Of a DNA stretch of 64,000 bases, positions 50,737 to 63,600 are shown in pieces. This stretch comes from Phallusia mammillata (taxonomy: Eukaryota). The notes below the pieces were generated by a model. It worked only from the letters and a program-made list of their open reading frames with translations. It did no database searches and was not told the DNA's origin. Numbering within the stretch: position 1 is the stretch's first letter; each line of letters opens with the position of its first letter. The position numbers were made by a program, and so were the translations under genes. The stretch covers positions 20,708,001-20,772,000 of the forward strand of contig OZ281495.1 in NCBI GenBank assembly GCA_965637545.1, written 5' to 3'.

Positions 50737-52053
50737 GGGCGACGGAGTGCCAGTGTCGATTTACGATCATGGAAATGGAAGATATACTTGGCGAACCGTG
50801 ATACCATGGCCCGGTTTAAGCAAATTAGAAGTGGAGCTTGTACATTCCAGTGAAGCTGTCATGGACCTGATCATGCAAGCAAGTACAATAAACCCCTTGT
50901 TGTTTATTGGAACGTATCCGTCTGGTACCAAGGAAGAGTGCGACATGAACTAATGTAAGTCTGATGTACACCGTTCACTTTAATTGTTAAAAATACTAAA
51001 AATCGATTGTTATCTTGGAAAGGCCAAATGTTGCTTTTATGTTTGACGAGTAAAAATCAATTGATTTTTTAGTAACAAAGATAAAATGCTCTGTGACTTT
51101 TCAAACAAGACGCTTGGAACGACATGGTTTTGCTATCGCTCGAACAACCAAACATGTCCGAAAGAAATGCTTTGGTACCAGAGAACTGAGGAAAAATTAG
51201 AACACAATGAGCGCAATGAGCTGTTTGACACAACTCTGAACAGAGAAATTGTCATACCAAATCAAGTTCGACTCAAAACCGAGTTCAGCAAAGGATTTTA
51301 CACTCAAAGTTTGCAACAACATGAGACGGTTTACCCAAAGCAAATAAAACTTCTGTCGCTTCCTAGTGGTTTTTATCTCAACGGAAAATGGAATTCTTTT
51401 CAAATCAAAAACACGCATCGTGACTTAACCCGTGCTGATAAGTGCCTGGCTAACAAACGTATTTACCTCATCGGGGACTCGACGATGCGTCAGTGGTACC
51501 TAATATTATTCGAAAAACTCCAATTGACTGATGACGTAGACGGAAGTGATCTTTGGTCACAACCACGAAATGGTAACAATCGAATGAAAAACATCACAAT
51601 AAATTACAGAGCACACGGACTTCCTTTGCAAAACCCGGGACCTCCTCGTGTCAAACCTTACATTGTAAACACTTTGGACGAAATAACTGAACAAGGCAAT
51701 GTTGTTGTGGTGTTTCATATCGGTGCACATTTTGATTATTACGACCCTTCAATTTTTATTAAACGTCTTTCGGCCATTAAAATTGCCCTAAATCGATTAA
51801 AGCGACGAAACCATGACGTCAAAGTTTTCGTTCGCTTAGGAATAAGATACACGGTGCCCAGTCCGTTTCGTCCAACAGAATGGTATTTGTACCGATTTAA
51901 TCAAATAATTCTCGGTATGCTGTCAGACATGAAGTATTTGACATTTATTGATACGTGGGGATTAACAAAGTGCATCCACAAAAGGATATTCATGCCAAGC
52001 CTGATCTTTTATCGGACGCTGTCGCTCTTTGGTTGTCTTATCTCTGCAATTAA
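50737..52053 (+). pseudogene. NXPE-family copy 4 (5'-truncated, frameshifted)
   Basis: Begins abruptly inside exon 2 (gggcgacggagtg). There is a 1-bp deletion at the end of exon 2 and another just before KDIH. Exon 3 starts at 51073 and the original-frame stop is at 52051-52053. Confidence 0.85.
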
Positions 52054-52110
52054 CTTTGTGCCTTGTTTAGGGAAGGGCTTTTATTTATACTGTTTTTTGA
52101 TGTCTTAAAC

Positions 52111-52569
52111 CAGGGGCCACCAAACTTTGTTCACTGTGGGCGGAATAAGTTTAGTAATGATTCGCGCGGGCCGCATAGTTTCCATGCCCCAGCACTGTAT
52201 TTTCAAACTTGGCCCGCGAGGCGATTTTTCCAGATGCGCCATTATATGGTCTTTCTACAATCCAATTCGAATTGTGGTAGCGCAACTGTTAAATTGTACA
52301 GTTTACGAGCAATGCCTGTATATTACGTCACAAGTAACAATATAAGGAAATTGTTTGCGCACAATTAACACTTGTAGTTTTGTTTGTGACGTAACAAGCC
52401 GGCTTTGGATCAATCCTGGGCGTTGTAATCCTATGAAACTGGGTAATATTCATTCTACATATCGCGACAGGAAAACTTTCGTAAGGAGTAGATTAATTTT
52501 TAAATGTTACAAAGTTATCAAAACGAATTGGCAAACCAAAAAGTGTAGTCCGTTGTTTGGTGACCCCTG
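52111..52569 (+). mobile_element. hAT MITE between NXPE copy 4 and sulfotransferase copy 5
   Basis: TIRs caggggccaccaaac / gtttggtgacccctg; imperfect TSD tcttaaac/cgttaaac. Confidence 0.75.
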
Positions 52570-52958
52570 CGTTAAACGATAAATGTTTTACATTATTTTT
52601 TATGGCAAAAAACTAGTTTACAATTTGCATTTGGTTTTGACTGGTTTGGCAACTATGTAACAAGTAAAAATATTATACACAGCTTGTTTTTTACGACCAT
52701 TGATGTTTGTTTGTATTTAGTCCTCGCTTATTTCTAATAATTACCTTGAAGAACGATGAAACTGATCACTTCGTTGATCCACCATCAGCTATGAATAATT
52801 TTATATTTAAGTTCAAAAAATCTGTTTTAGTAAACAAAAAACAAATTTACTCACCAATAATACATGGTTGTTGTTGCTTTTTCGCAGACCCATAACATAC
52901 CATAAAAAACGTAGATTTTGTTTAATCTTAATAAGATTTGCATTATTTTAATGCAAAT

Positions 52959-54946
52959 ATGCGTTCTTTAAATTTGCGAAGATTTAGAAGGATGCTAAGA
53001 CTGACAAACATCATAATCGGCATCTTCTGCATTTTTTTGCTGGTTGCATTTACAAAATGGAGTTTGTTTCAAAATTATGTAGAGCGAAAAACTCTTTTTG
53101 GCACAAATAAGTTTGCAGCAAACCAACGTAAATTGTTACATCGGGAAAACCAACTCAAGAAATTGAACAATACAACGCAGAAAATAGTCAGGTATTTTTA
53201 TTCCCACACTGTTTTTGTACCTGAAATATAGCGCACTTGTTTCTGTTTAGTGCTCTTGAATTATCTAGCACTTGCATCTTTGCAATGCAAAGTTCAACTT
53301 TTTTTCTTTAGCGCTTTATTCTTTCGTTGCTAACGGACTTTCAACTAATTAAAATTCCCTTTGTAGAATGAAACACAACGCTTGCCGAAAGTGATCGGAA
53401 TAAAAAAATGTGGGACACATGGAATAATAGGTTTTCTTAATCAGCATCCACTAATTCGAATCCCTAAACCAATGGAGAGCTTCTTTTTCTCATTACCGAA
53501 ATTGCCAAATTTGGATGCATATCGGTAAACAACTTTTGAGTTACATTACAGATTTAGGTTAACAGAAATCTACATTATTCCTCGTGGCAATAACCCGTGT
53601 TTGCAGACTTTAAATTATAGTGATTTGTGTAATTTTTAGGAACAAAATGCCGTTGACAAACGATAGACAAGTTGCAATGGAAAAGACACCAATATATTTC
53701 GCTTTTCCACCAGTAAATATTCCATACAGAATCAAAACATCTATTCCTGATGTAAAGCTTATTCTAATCGTCTGTGATCCAACTCCGAGAGCGTTTTCGG
53801 ATTATGTGCATGAGGTGAGTTTATGATCAGATGCTTGAAGTAAAACTCCAATGTTTTAATTTAACAAATTTCTTTAAAAGTGTTTTAATTTAACAAATTT
53901 CTTTAAAAGCAACTGAATATGTTTATGTAGTTCATTGACAAAAGCGTTTCAGCTTTGAATTGAGTTTAAATTGGAAAATCTAATAGAAAGAACAAAAAAG
54001 CTACTTTGGAAAAGTTGGAAAAACCACCTGGCAAAAATCCACGAATCAAGCTCAATGTTGAGAAATATTGCAATTAGGTGCAATTTCCGTTTTGGGATAA
54101 CGTATATAGGTTGCACATTTGCTAATATACGAATAGTAGTATTAATTTTCACAAAACATTTGACTATTGGTTTGGTTTTCAATATGACAGAATTTAAAGC
54201 AGAAAGTCTATATTTTGTTCACGAAGCTTTTGGACATTTTTTGCTCAGCTACTTTTTAAGTCCGTGTATATAGTTTTCCCAAACTAATTTTTAAAAAAAT
54301 ACATCAATAAAAAAGTATAAACATACTGCGGAAATACGTGTAAAAAATACTATTTCGGCTTATCAGGTCTCATCTGCGCATCTGGTGGCAAGACCTAAAC
54401 TGTGCAGGCTTATAGCCAACACAAATTCTGTAGAACGAGCAAATAGGTACATGTCCGAAAATATTTAACCCTTAACCGCTTTGTTTACAGCGAATAAGAT
54501 ACGAGCTCTACGATGATCGAATGATCAGCAAATACGAAACATTCGAACAGCATGTTGATGAATATCTTTCAAAACTGCAACACAACATAACTGAGTGGCA
54601 AAAAGCATCTTTACTACATTCGGACTTACGAGAAAAATTTGTCAACTTAGTTCACACAGGCCATGCATCAACTCTTCTCTCCAATGGAATATACTCAGCT
54701 CATATCAAACAATGGCAAAGTTTCTTCAACAGTTCGAGTTTAAAAGTTGTAGATGGTAACCGGTTTATTAAAGATCCCGGACCAATAATCGAGGAACTGC
54801 AGGATTTTATTGGAATCCCAAAAGTTTTACTCGCAATGGAAAGCAGAAAGCCAACGTGGAAACTTTACAGAAATTGCGATCATTTTATCGCCCTTTTAAC
54901 CAGCAATTTTTTTACCGATATTGGAGAAAGTTTTGATTGGAATTAA
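52959..54946 (+). pseudogene. HS3ST-like copy 5 (pseudogene)
   Basis: Exons 52959-53191, 53367-53524, 53640-53814, 54491-54946. Exon 1 has a 1-bp deletion. An internal deletion after PKVLL removes the GFFC...CLG.GKGR region. Confidence 0.85.
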
Positions 54947-55426
54947 AAAAAGAGGGAGTTATAAGTTATAAGTAAATTTTTTAAGACCCTCATACTCTAA
55001 ACCAGTTGAAAAAAATGTACAAATACATTTTTCCGTTCTTGATTTCCCGTTATTTGTGATGTCACATTTCTATTTAACTAGTTACCACCCTAGACTAGCG
55101 GTCCCCGAAAGCCCAAGGCAAACCCCACAAAAGATGTAGTTGAAAGTTAGTAAGTGTGCGTATTTTGTATTGTTGTTTTGAAGCTAAAAAAATTGCAAAT
55201 TAAAAATGTCGATTTTTTCGCTTTTGTCAGTTACTAGTGCAACTCTAAGCTGGACGCCTTGTTGCGCAATGCAGAGATTTTATTTTTTATTTTTACGTCA
55301 AGTCATGCGCGAACTGTAGCGTTACTTTGCTTAACCTTGTGTCTAATGTTTAAAGCCAATTGGCTGTCAACTTGATATGGTGCATTGCTGTCTTGGTAAG
55401 CACTGCAAAATGTGCTTGCTGTATGC

Positions 55427-55907
55427 CAGTGGTTCTCAAACTTTTTTGACCGCGTCCCAAATCTAAGTTTTATGAACATCTCACGACCCACGCCTCAAAC
55501 ATCAAAAAATGTATTAACGAGACGGAGGGAAATTTCGAGGCCACGTCGTCGCCGCATGGGAGTCTGCCCATGTCAAAATGGCTGCAGACTTAACGAGGTC
55601 GATTCCTTCGATAACACTGCATAACACAACACACATTGTGGCTTTGCAGCACTATGATCATTGATAGAACTGAATCCCAATTCTAAAAATGTTTCAATCG
55701 CACTGTGCAGTAAAGTAACAGTTGGTTCTGTTTAATGTACAACGTGGTCGAGTGAGGTGACTTTACTACTACATTAAGTAAATTCGTTTGTGTTTCCTTA
55801 ATGCAGTAATAGTTCGTTTGGTCAGCATTGAATCAGCACAGCGCGACCCATTTTTTGACCCTGCGCGACCCATGTTTGGGTCGCGACCCATACTTTGAGA
55901 ACCACTG
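55427..55907 (-). mobile_element. hAT MITE family B, copy 2
   Basis: TIRs cagtggttctcaaa / tttgagaaccactg; TSD ctgtatgc. Confidence 0.9.
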
Positions 55908-57980
55908 CTGTATGCTGTATCGGTGTATCTGATTTTAATGTGAATTGCAGCTATGTAACAAGCACGTGACTGTAAAGTGTCTTGACAACAGATTGCTACT
56001 GAGTGTTTTTGGACGCTCTGTAAAGTTCGCATTGTATTTGTTTGAAGTGTTTGTAATTGGTTGTAGCTTTGCTACTAACCGAGTTACTCCTGTGTCTCTG
56101 TGGAACGTTTTAGCCGATTTATTCAGTGATCGCTTTTGCGTCACTAAACTAAGTTTTATCACCCAGTGTAACCGTACATGCTTCTTATCGCTAATATTGT
56201 GTGTTACCAACGTTATAGTTGCTCTTCAAAAACGTGTTTTAAGCTATTCCATTATCCTGAGACGCCGATACGTCAGTTGTTTATAATTAAACTCATGGAA
56301 GTGCAACATTTGTTCACAGATGAAATATTTGAAACAACACAAACTGTTAGCAAAAATTATTCGGGACGAAACAATAATATATTTTAATAAAGTTAATTTC
56401 TTTCTAGCGCAGTACAGAAAAAAGGTTCATGAAAGGTTCTGTTTTTGTATCAGATTCTTCTGCAAGAAGGTTTCGATGGTGACTGACTTTGGGATCTGTT
56501 AATAATCAATCGAACTCCAGGGAAGACAAGGATTTTGTTGCGCATTAGACTAGTCACTAGTGGGAAATAAAACATGCACAAGTTCACGCACAATCAAGCT
56601 TATTTCAAACACGGTTTTTTGTAAAACTGACCCACTTTCATGCCAAAATATACGCTAACCAGCCTATTGGACCAGAGTTAAATACAACCACAACGTTGTA
56701 TGACATTGGTGAAAAGAAATATTTACTAGTAATATGCGTAGGTTTAATTATACAGCAAATAATGCAACTTTAACGCAGAATAAAATGCAACTTTTTTTGT
56801 AAAACTATTGTTTGTAAACACTGAAGTCTTACTGGGCGCGTTCAAGCGGAACCAATCTTAATACTTGCAGAGAACATTTTTGTTTCAAAAACACAAACGT
56901 CTAATATTTATCGGATTAAAATACATAGAAATTAGATTAATTAAGTTAACCTTACATTCAAACTTTCAGTTCGATCCGTTGCTTATCGGCAAAGATATCG
57001 CCCCATTTATATTAATGTCGTTTAAGCGGGCAGTGTGCAGTCTTTGCTTAGTATTCCCTGATACCAGTAATGAAAAAAATTTAACCACTTTGCGTTATCA
57101 CAAAAACTGTCAGTTGATTGTTACGTCACGCAACGCAATAGATTGCAACACAAGTGGTAGTGAGGAAAAGCTGGAATCAATAGAAATCGGCATTACTGGC
57201 AAATAAGATAACAATAATCCTGGAATTACCGATCTCTAGTTTGGTAAAAAGCAAATATATACAAGAATGTGATGTTACGGAAGTATTTCTACAACTTTGG
57301 GAATTCGCTAAAATATCTTTCAAGTGGCGATGTTAAACCCAATCGCCTTATGCCCAATTATATATACCTTGAACCAGAACTGCCTCCATGATTCGGAAAC
57401 GGCCCGAACATGGCATTAACGGCTCACCACTAAGCCAAAGAGAGACCACAAACTGGTTTCACTAATGGGCGTTGTTTAAATAAAACGATAAAAGCCAAAT
57501 GCATAAACGAATCGCATTTTCGATTTCAACAAGTTGCGCTCAAATACAAGTAAACGCGAGTACAACACGACAGAAACCCACACGGTGTAACTCGCACGGC
57601 GACCAGAAGAAGACTGACCTTCCTTTCTTTTCTTACACGTGCAACGCATCCCAGTCCGTGGAAGAAACAATCACGTGACGACTAAAGGCACAACCGGGCA
57701 ACGATAAGAACAATCAAGCGCAAATTAATGACAGGAAAGAAGCGATCATAGAAACGAGGAAAAAGCAACTATTACATTGTAAAACAAAAAAGTGAACAGT
57801 GTGTGGTAAAACAAGGTATATAGCCAAAAAGTGAAAGTACAAGTGACAAAGAAATCAATTAAACTTAACAATAACGGAGTAATAAATGTCGTTGGTAAAG
57901 AAACCCAATACACATCATTGAAAACGGAACACAATACACATCATTAGTTGTGTGAAAATAAAGAAAGAAATCGAATAGGG

Positions 57981-58214
57981 CAGGGGTCGGCAACCTTTTT
58001 TGCACTGCGGACCGTTTTTGAAAGTGAAATTTTATCGCGGACCGGTCTTCAAAAAACTACAAATATTTAGCACTAAAAACGCCTAAAATAGTTTATCATC
58101 CCCGGGATACATAGGCAAATGTTTTATAGCATTTAACCTGAAAAATTATACGGCCCGGTAACGAACTCCTCGCAGACCGGTACCGGGCCGCAGACCGGCG
58201 GTTGCCGACCACTG
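57981..58214 (-). mobile_element. hAT MITE family A, copy 3
   Basis: caggggtcggcaacc...ggttgccgaccactg; TSD gaataggg. Confidence 0.9.
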
Positions 58215-60602
58215 GAATAGGGCATAGTTTAACAAACGGTGACGGTGCTAAAAAATTGCCACAATCTCATGATTAAAACCACCTAAACAAGAAAGAAATA
58301 CCTGGAATCCAAAACCGATCAAGTAAGCCGAAAGTCACGTAATATGGCACCGAATTATAACTGGCAAAGTTACTAACATAAGAACGCACAATAGAAAAGT
58401 TTGCTAAATAATAAATTAAAGCGTAAAGGTACACAGGTATTTAACTGAACAATAAGACTGGGATAGGATTAGGGACTAAATTTAACACAACAAACTAGGT
58501 TTTTGGTTTCATTTTTATGTTGCTACTATTACAAAACCTCAGCCAAACCCTAATAGACTTGCATTTCAAATATTTGCGTATCTTTGCGCTACCGAACAGT
58601 ATGTAGCAAACTTGTCTACTCTCCTGTGAGTTTTAACAACAACCGCGTTTTTGATCAAAAAGGTAAATTTACGTCAATTCGCACTCTACGCAATAAGTAT
58701 GGACGTAGATATACGTCAACCGCACTGAAACCTCATTTTTATGAGATAAACTGAGTTCAGCCACGAAACGGAAATATTCTGCGACGCCCTTGGAAAATTG
58801 AAACGACGCACCAGGGCGTCGCGACGCACAGTTTGAGAACCACTGATATAAGGTATAAGCTGTAAGGTGAGTTATGGACTTATTTTCAGCAGCTCTCAGG
58901 TATAATTTGTCTGTTCGTATGTTATTTTGTTAGTTGGTATACTTTGCAATGACGTAAATAGAATAGTTACATGAGGCTGTATCATATCTTACCATTACGG
59001 CAGTTGGTAGAAAAATAGTTTATTGTAAAGACAGAACACAAAAGTCTAAAAAACAGTCGTTGAACTCTTGAATACAAAAATGTTTGCACAAAGCAGCTGA
59101 ATATTTTTTTTTGAATGTAACAAAACTTTAAGTTTGTTTATACACTTAAATATACCGGAGTCTTTAACTACCAGTGTTGTCCATAATTTTGCGAAACCGA
59201 TATGAAAAATTGTTGCGTTAGTGCAGGCTTGACAACCTTTGGCATATAGCCTAGTCGGGTATATATTTTCTCCATCAAAAACTTCTAAATTTTGCATGAA
59301 GTTATCAATTACGTTTGGTCAAATATCCTGGATATGATGTATCGGAATATAAGAAACAAAGTTATCACAGCGGTTGAAACAACAAGAAATATAACAGCAA
59401 GTAGTTATTACGGCCATTAGCCCGTAAAAACAGAAAGTCAACAAGATAAAAATTTGCAGCTTTTTTGTTAAAAACAGCGTCTTTAAACATTTTGTTTGCA
59501 CCCAAATGTCATGGACGTGACAGTGTTTAGCCACTATAAAGGATTTTATGAACTGTTTTTATCATGTAAGAAGAGGCGTGGTACATTTAACTATATTTCG
59601 ACGCTGTTCTTGAGATATATGTTGATTGCAAAGATGCAAAGAGTTGTTGATTTAACTTACTTCGAACTACTATTTTGTAACAATTTAATATAGGTGTATA
59701 CTCAGCTTCCGTGTATTTTTTTAGCCACAAGTACAGAATTCCAATGTAAATCAGTGGTTTAATGACAACTTTACAACAAACAGTTTACCACCATATAATC
59801 TTATTGATATCAGTTGGCACATTAGACAAAATCAGTCCCAGAACGTTTCACGACCCCCAGGTACATGAAAACTAATTGTGTCCGCATTATTTGGACTGGT
59901 GAGAATTATAAGGTCCGTGTTCTCAGTTCAATAAAAAATCGCATTAAAATTACGTCAACCTAGACTTGCCAATTTCCCGCTTTGCTGTAATTGTAATAGT
60001 CATCATCCATACTAAAGTTCAACTGTGACGAAAACCAGAGTTACTGCACAGTTTTTAATTTTAAGGTGGAAACTTATTTTGATGCACTTTGAAGATTCGA
60101 TTACCGACAACTGAGTAATTGCTTGCTGTATAAATTTGACCAGTATTTACTTTAAAACGTTGTTGAAGAAAAGTGATATTAAAATGTAGCAAATGGCATA
60201 TGTATTTACGTGTGTTGTATTCAGGAAAAAGTTCCATATTTTTGGGTTACTTTATTTAATTATTAGCCTGATGTTGTTGTAAGCGGCAGTCTGAAATTGG
60301 TAAAAAGAAAATTACACACGACTTGCTCCGGGTGTGGCCCTTGTGTATGTTTCACTTAATGCATTTTGTCAGGCATATTCTGGGCAAACCTTAACAAGCA
60401 AGAATGTAATTTCAGGGTAAAAAAGAATTGGTAATTCTAAAAATTGATGTGTGTCTTGTTGCAAATGTCGGCAAACCTAACATATCAAATGTCTTACTCC
60501 ACACGAAATATATGTTAACTTGTTCAAGTGGGCTTTAAGGTTACGCATGTCATATTTCTTGACAACAAGTTTTTTTGCAGACAAATATTTTGTAAATACA
60601 AT

Positions 60603-63600
60603 ATGAATCTACACAACTACAATCGAAATCGTAAGGCAAAGGTCATCGTGGTTGGATTATTAGATTTGTTGCTTCTGATGGGAACAGGAAAATGGAAAGT
60701 TATCACCAACAAACTAGGATTTGGTGAAACTCTTACACACAGAATAAAGTTGCGGGAAATTCAACTCAAAGAGATAAAGCAATACAACAAGGAAAACATC
60801 AAGGTGATATCGCTCTCCATTTCGAACCGTAATATAATGGATGTGTTAAATACGCAAGTCAGATTTTTTTAGTGTAATGAGTGATTACAAATTTTGATTC
60901 GATGCAACTGACTCAGCAACTTGTAAGCTAATTCAAAATCGTTTTAGAAATAAAAATAAAAAACAGTTTCTGTGCAGAATGAAAGACATCGTCTGCCAAA
61001 AGTTATTGGAATTGGGATTAAAAAATGTGGGACGCACGGAATAATTAGCTTTCTAAATCAACATCCGCTTGTTCGAATTCCTGAGGCATTCGAGGGTTGG
61101 TTTTTCACAAGAGGAGAGTTACCAAACTTGGACATTTACCGGTAAACCGAATAGCATGGCTTCATAAGTTGACCAGTCGAAACAGCAGTGGAAACGCTTA
61201 AATGGGAATACATATTGCCTTCCTATTTATTGGTTAGATTATTCGCTAAGATTTGCTTAGATAAGATTTGCTTAGATTTGCTTATGAGCCTGACATATTG
61301 CTTAGTAAAAACATAAAAACCATATTGCCTTTCATAAAAAACCTATTGCCTTTCTATTTATTGGTTAGACTATTTGTCTGTCATTTTAACAAAGTTAGAT
61401 CTGTTAGAAGTATTTTTATTCATTTTAAACATTGGTCTTCCAAGTCATTCAGTTATAACCAAAAATCGTACTTTGTCGTATAGAGCAAACACAGCTCAAT
61501 CGTGAAAAATACCGCGTTTGAATAAGAATATGCACACAAAGCAAGCGTACACCGTAAGATGACATTGGAATTTTAATTCACCACGACTTTGCACGAGTTT
61601 CAAGTGTAGGAACGTTTTGTTAAGATGTCCGGCTTTCCATTCAAGTGACAAAAGCATATCGTCTAGAGTTGATTTTGGTTTGACAATTGGTTGCCAACAA
61701 ACGGTTTGCTGTATTGAGAATTGAGATGATATCAAGATATTTGGTCCAGTCCATATGAAGTATAATGCCACATAAATGTTTGCTGCTTGTGGTTTGTCTG
61801 TCGTCACGTGTTACCTTTGGATAAGTGTTTTTTTTTACTTAATCGCATTATTTTACCACAGGCAAAATGAAAATTTAACTTCGTGTGTAAAACTGAAACC
61901 TAACGCAATAGCAATGATGAAATATGATTCATCGAACGATCGGTAGACCTTGACCGCTAATACTTATGTACGCCAATATTACGCCAAAAAATGTGAGCAT
62001 GGAGTACGATTGAGTTATCCACGACAGCGATAGAACTATAGTAACTAAACATTGCAACAATGCATAAAGATGCCCATAAACAAAGCGTAAATTTTTAAAA
62101 TCTCACAAAAGGCACAGAATAAAAAAGTCACGGAAGAAACTGGCGCCGATGCAAAGTAGAAAAAAATGTCAAAGTTACGTTTATTTTAATGCTTTGGATT
62201 TAAGTTTAGAGTAGGGTTGCCTGTGTGAGTAAAATTCCTGACGGTTTAAATAAATACCTTTGGCGACACCAAACTTGCGTTGTATAGCAATGATGTTACA
62301 TGTCACCAACCCAAACAGTTCCATTTGCGGTAAATATACGGCTAGACAGTTTTTGCGCGATATGTTTCTTTAAAGGGATTTTGTTAGCTTTAAAGGCACA
62401 AAAAATCATCAAACAACCTTTAACTCAAGCTGATTAGTTGTTTCGCATATATGTAGGCTGCATTATGCATCAAAACTCCACATACAACATTTAAACCTCA
62501 AAATGGTCGAGCCGAAACCAAATATTCGACCATGAGGTCAAAATGATTCAGTAATATTAGGCCGGACTTATAGAATCCCCTATCTGGTGGACATTTTAAC
62601 TGAACTAGAGTTGCAAGTCGGGCCGGGCTTTTCGGGCCGGGTTCGGGCTTAGGTTTTTTCAAAAAACGGGCCTGATTCGGCCCTGACTTTACACTCTGTT
62701 TCAGCATTTTGTAATATAATTAGCTATAAGTAGCCAGTTGATGGTCCTGACCTAAAGTCAAACAGGCTTAAAACGCCCTTTTCACGACGAATTGTCTATT
62801 GTGTTTGTTTTCTTGGTCTTTCTTGGTGCTTCAATTTATAGGCCTGTCAATCAAACTTTCGGGCTTAAACGGGCTTCTTAAAAACGAATTGAGTTCGGGC
62901 CGATGGCTCAATATATTACTCTACAAGTGGGAAATTCCCCTTCACTTCCCCAATAGCTTGGGACAAAAAACATAACCAACATATTGTGAATATCTGTGAC
63001 AATTAAAAAAAATAACAGTCTTTATTGCAGGAACATGATGCCGCTCACAAATGATAGACAAGTTACAATGGAGAAAACACCAGTATATTTTGCTTTTCCA
63101 CCCTTAAATACCCCACAGTTAATAAAATCATCTATTCCCGATGTAAAACTGATTCTGATCGTCTGTGATCCAACCACAAGAGCGTTTTCCGATTTTATTC
63201 ACGAAGTATGTTGTTTTGAAAATACATAATTTACTTGTACTTAGGAATTGTGGCTAATAAAGATGGGTAATGTTTCGTCTTACCATATGTGTCACCATGA
63301 TGTAGGTTCACCAACCATTTTCTTGTCAAAGTTTGTAGACAATCACGGTTAGAATCGTTAGCCTTGTTCGATGTGATATGAATACCCTGCTTTATATTAT
63401 GACCGAAACAAAAAATGTTGAGTTTTTGATTCAAAACTACACAAGCTAGTTTTAAATTTTAAATTATCATAACCTAACAAAGTTACAGAACGTGTGCAAA
63501 ATTACTTCCTGATTATATTTGATTTTTTTAAATATCACTTTTGCTGCAGAGAATAAGACATGACCTCTACGATGACCCAATGATAAAAAAATACAAAACA

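Noticed and set aside
57250-57960. LTR/PBS-like region
   Set aside because: No paired LTR, no clear tRNA-complementary PBS and no gag or pol ORF.
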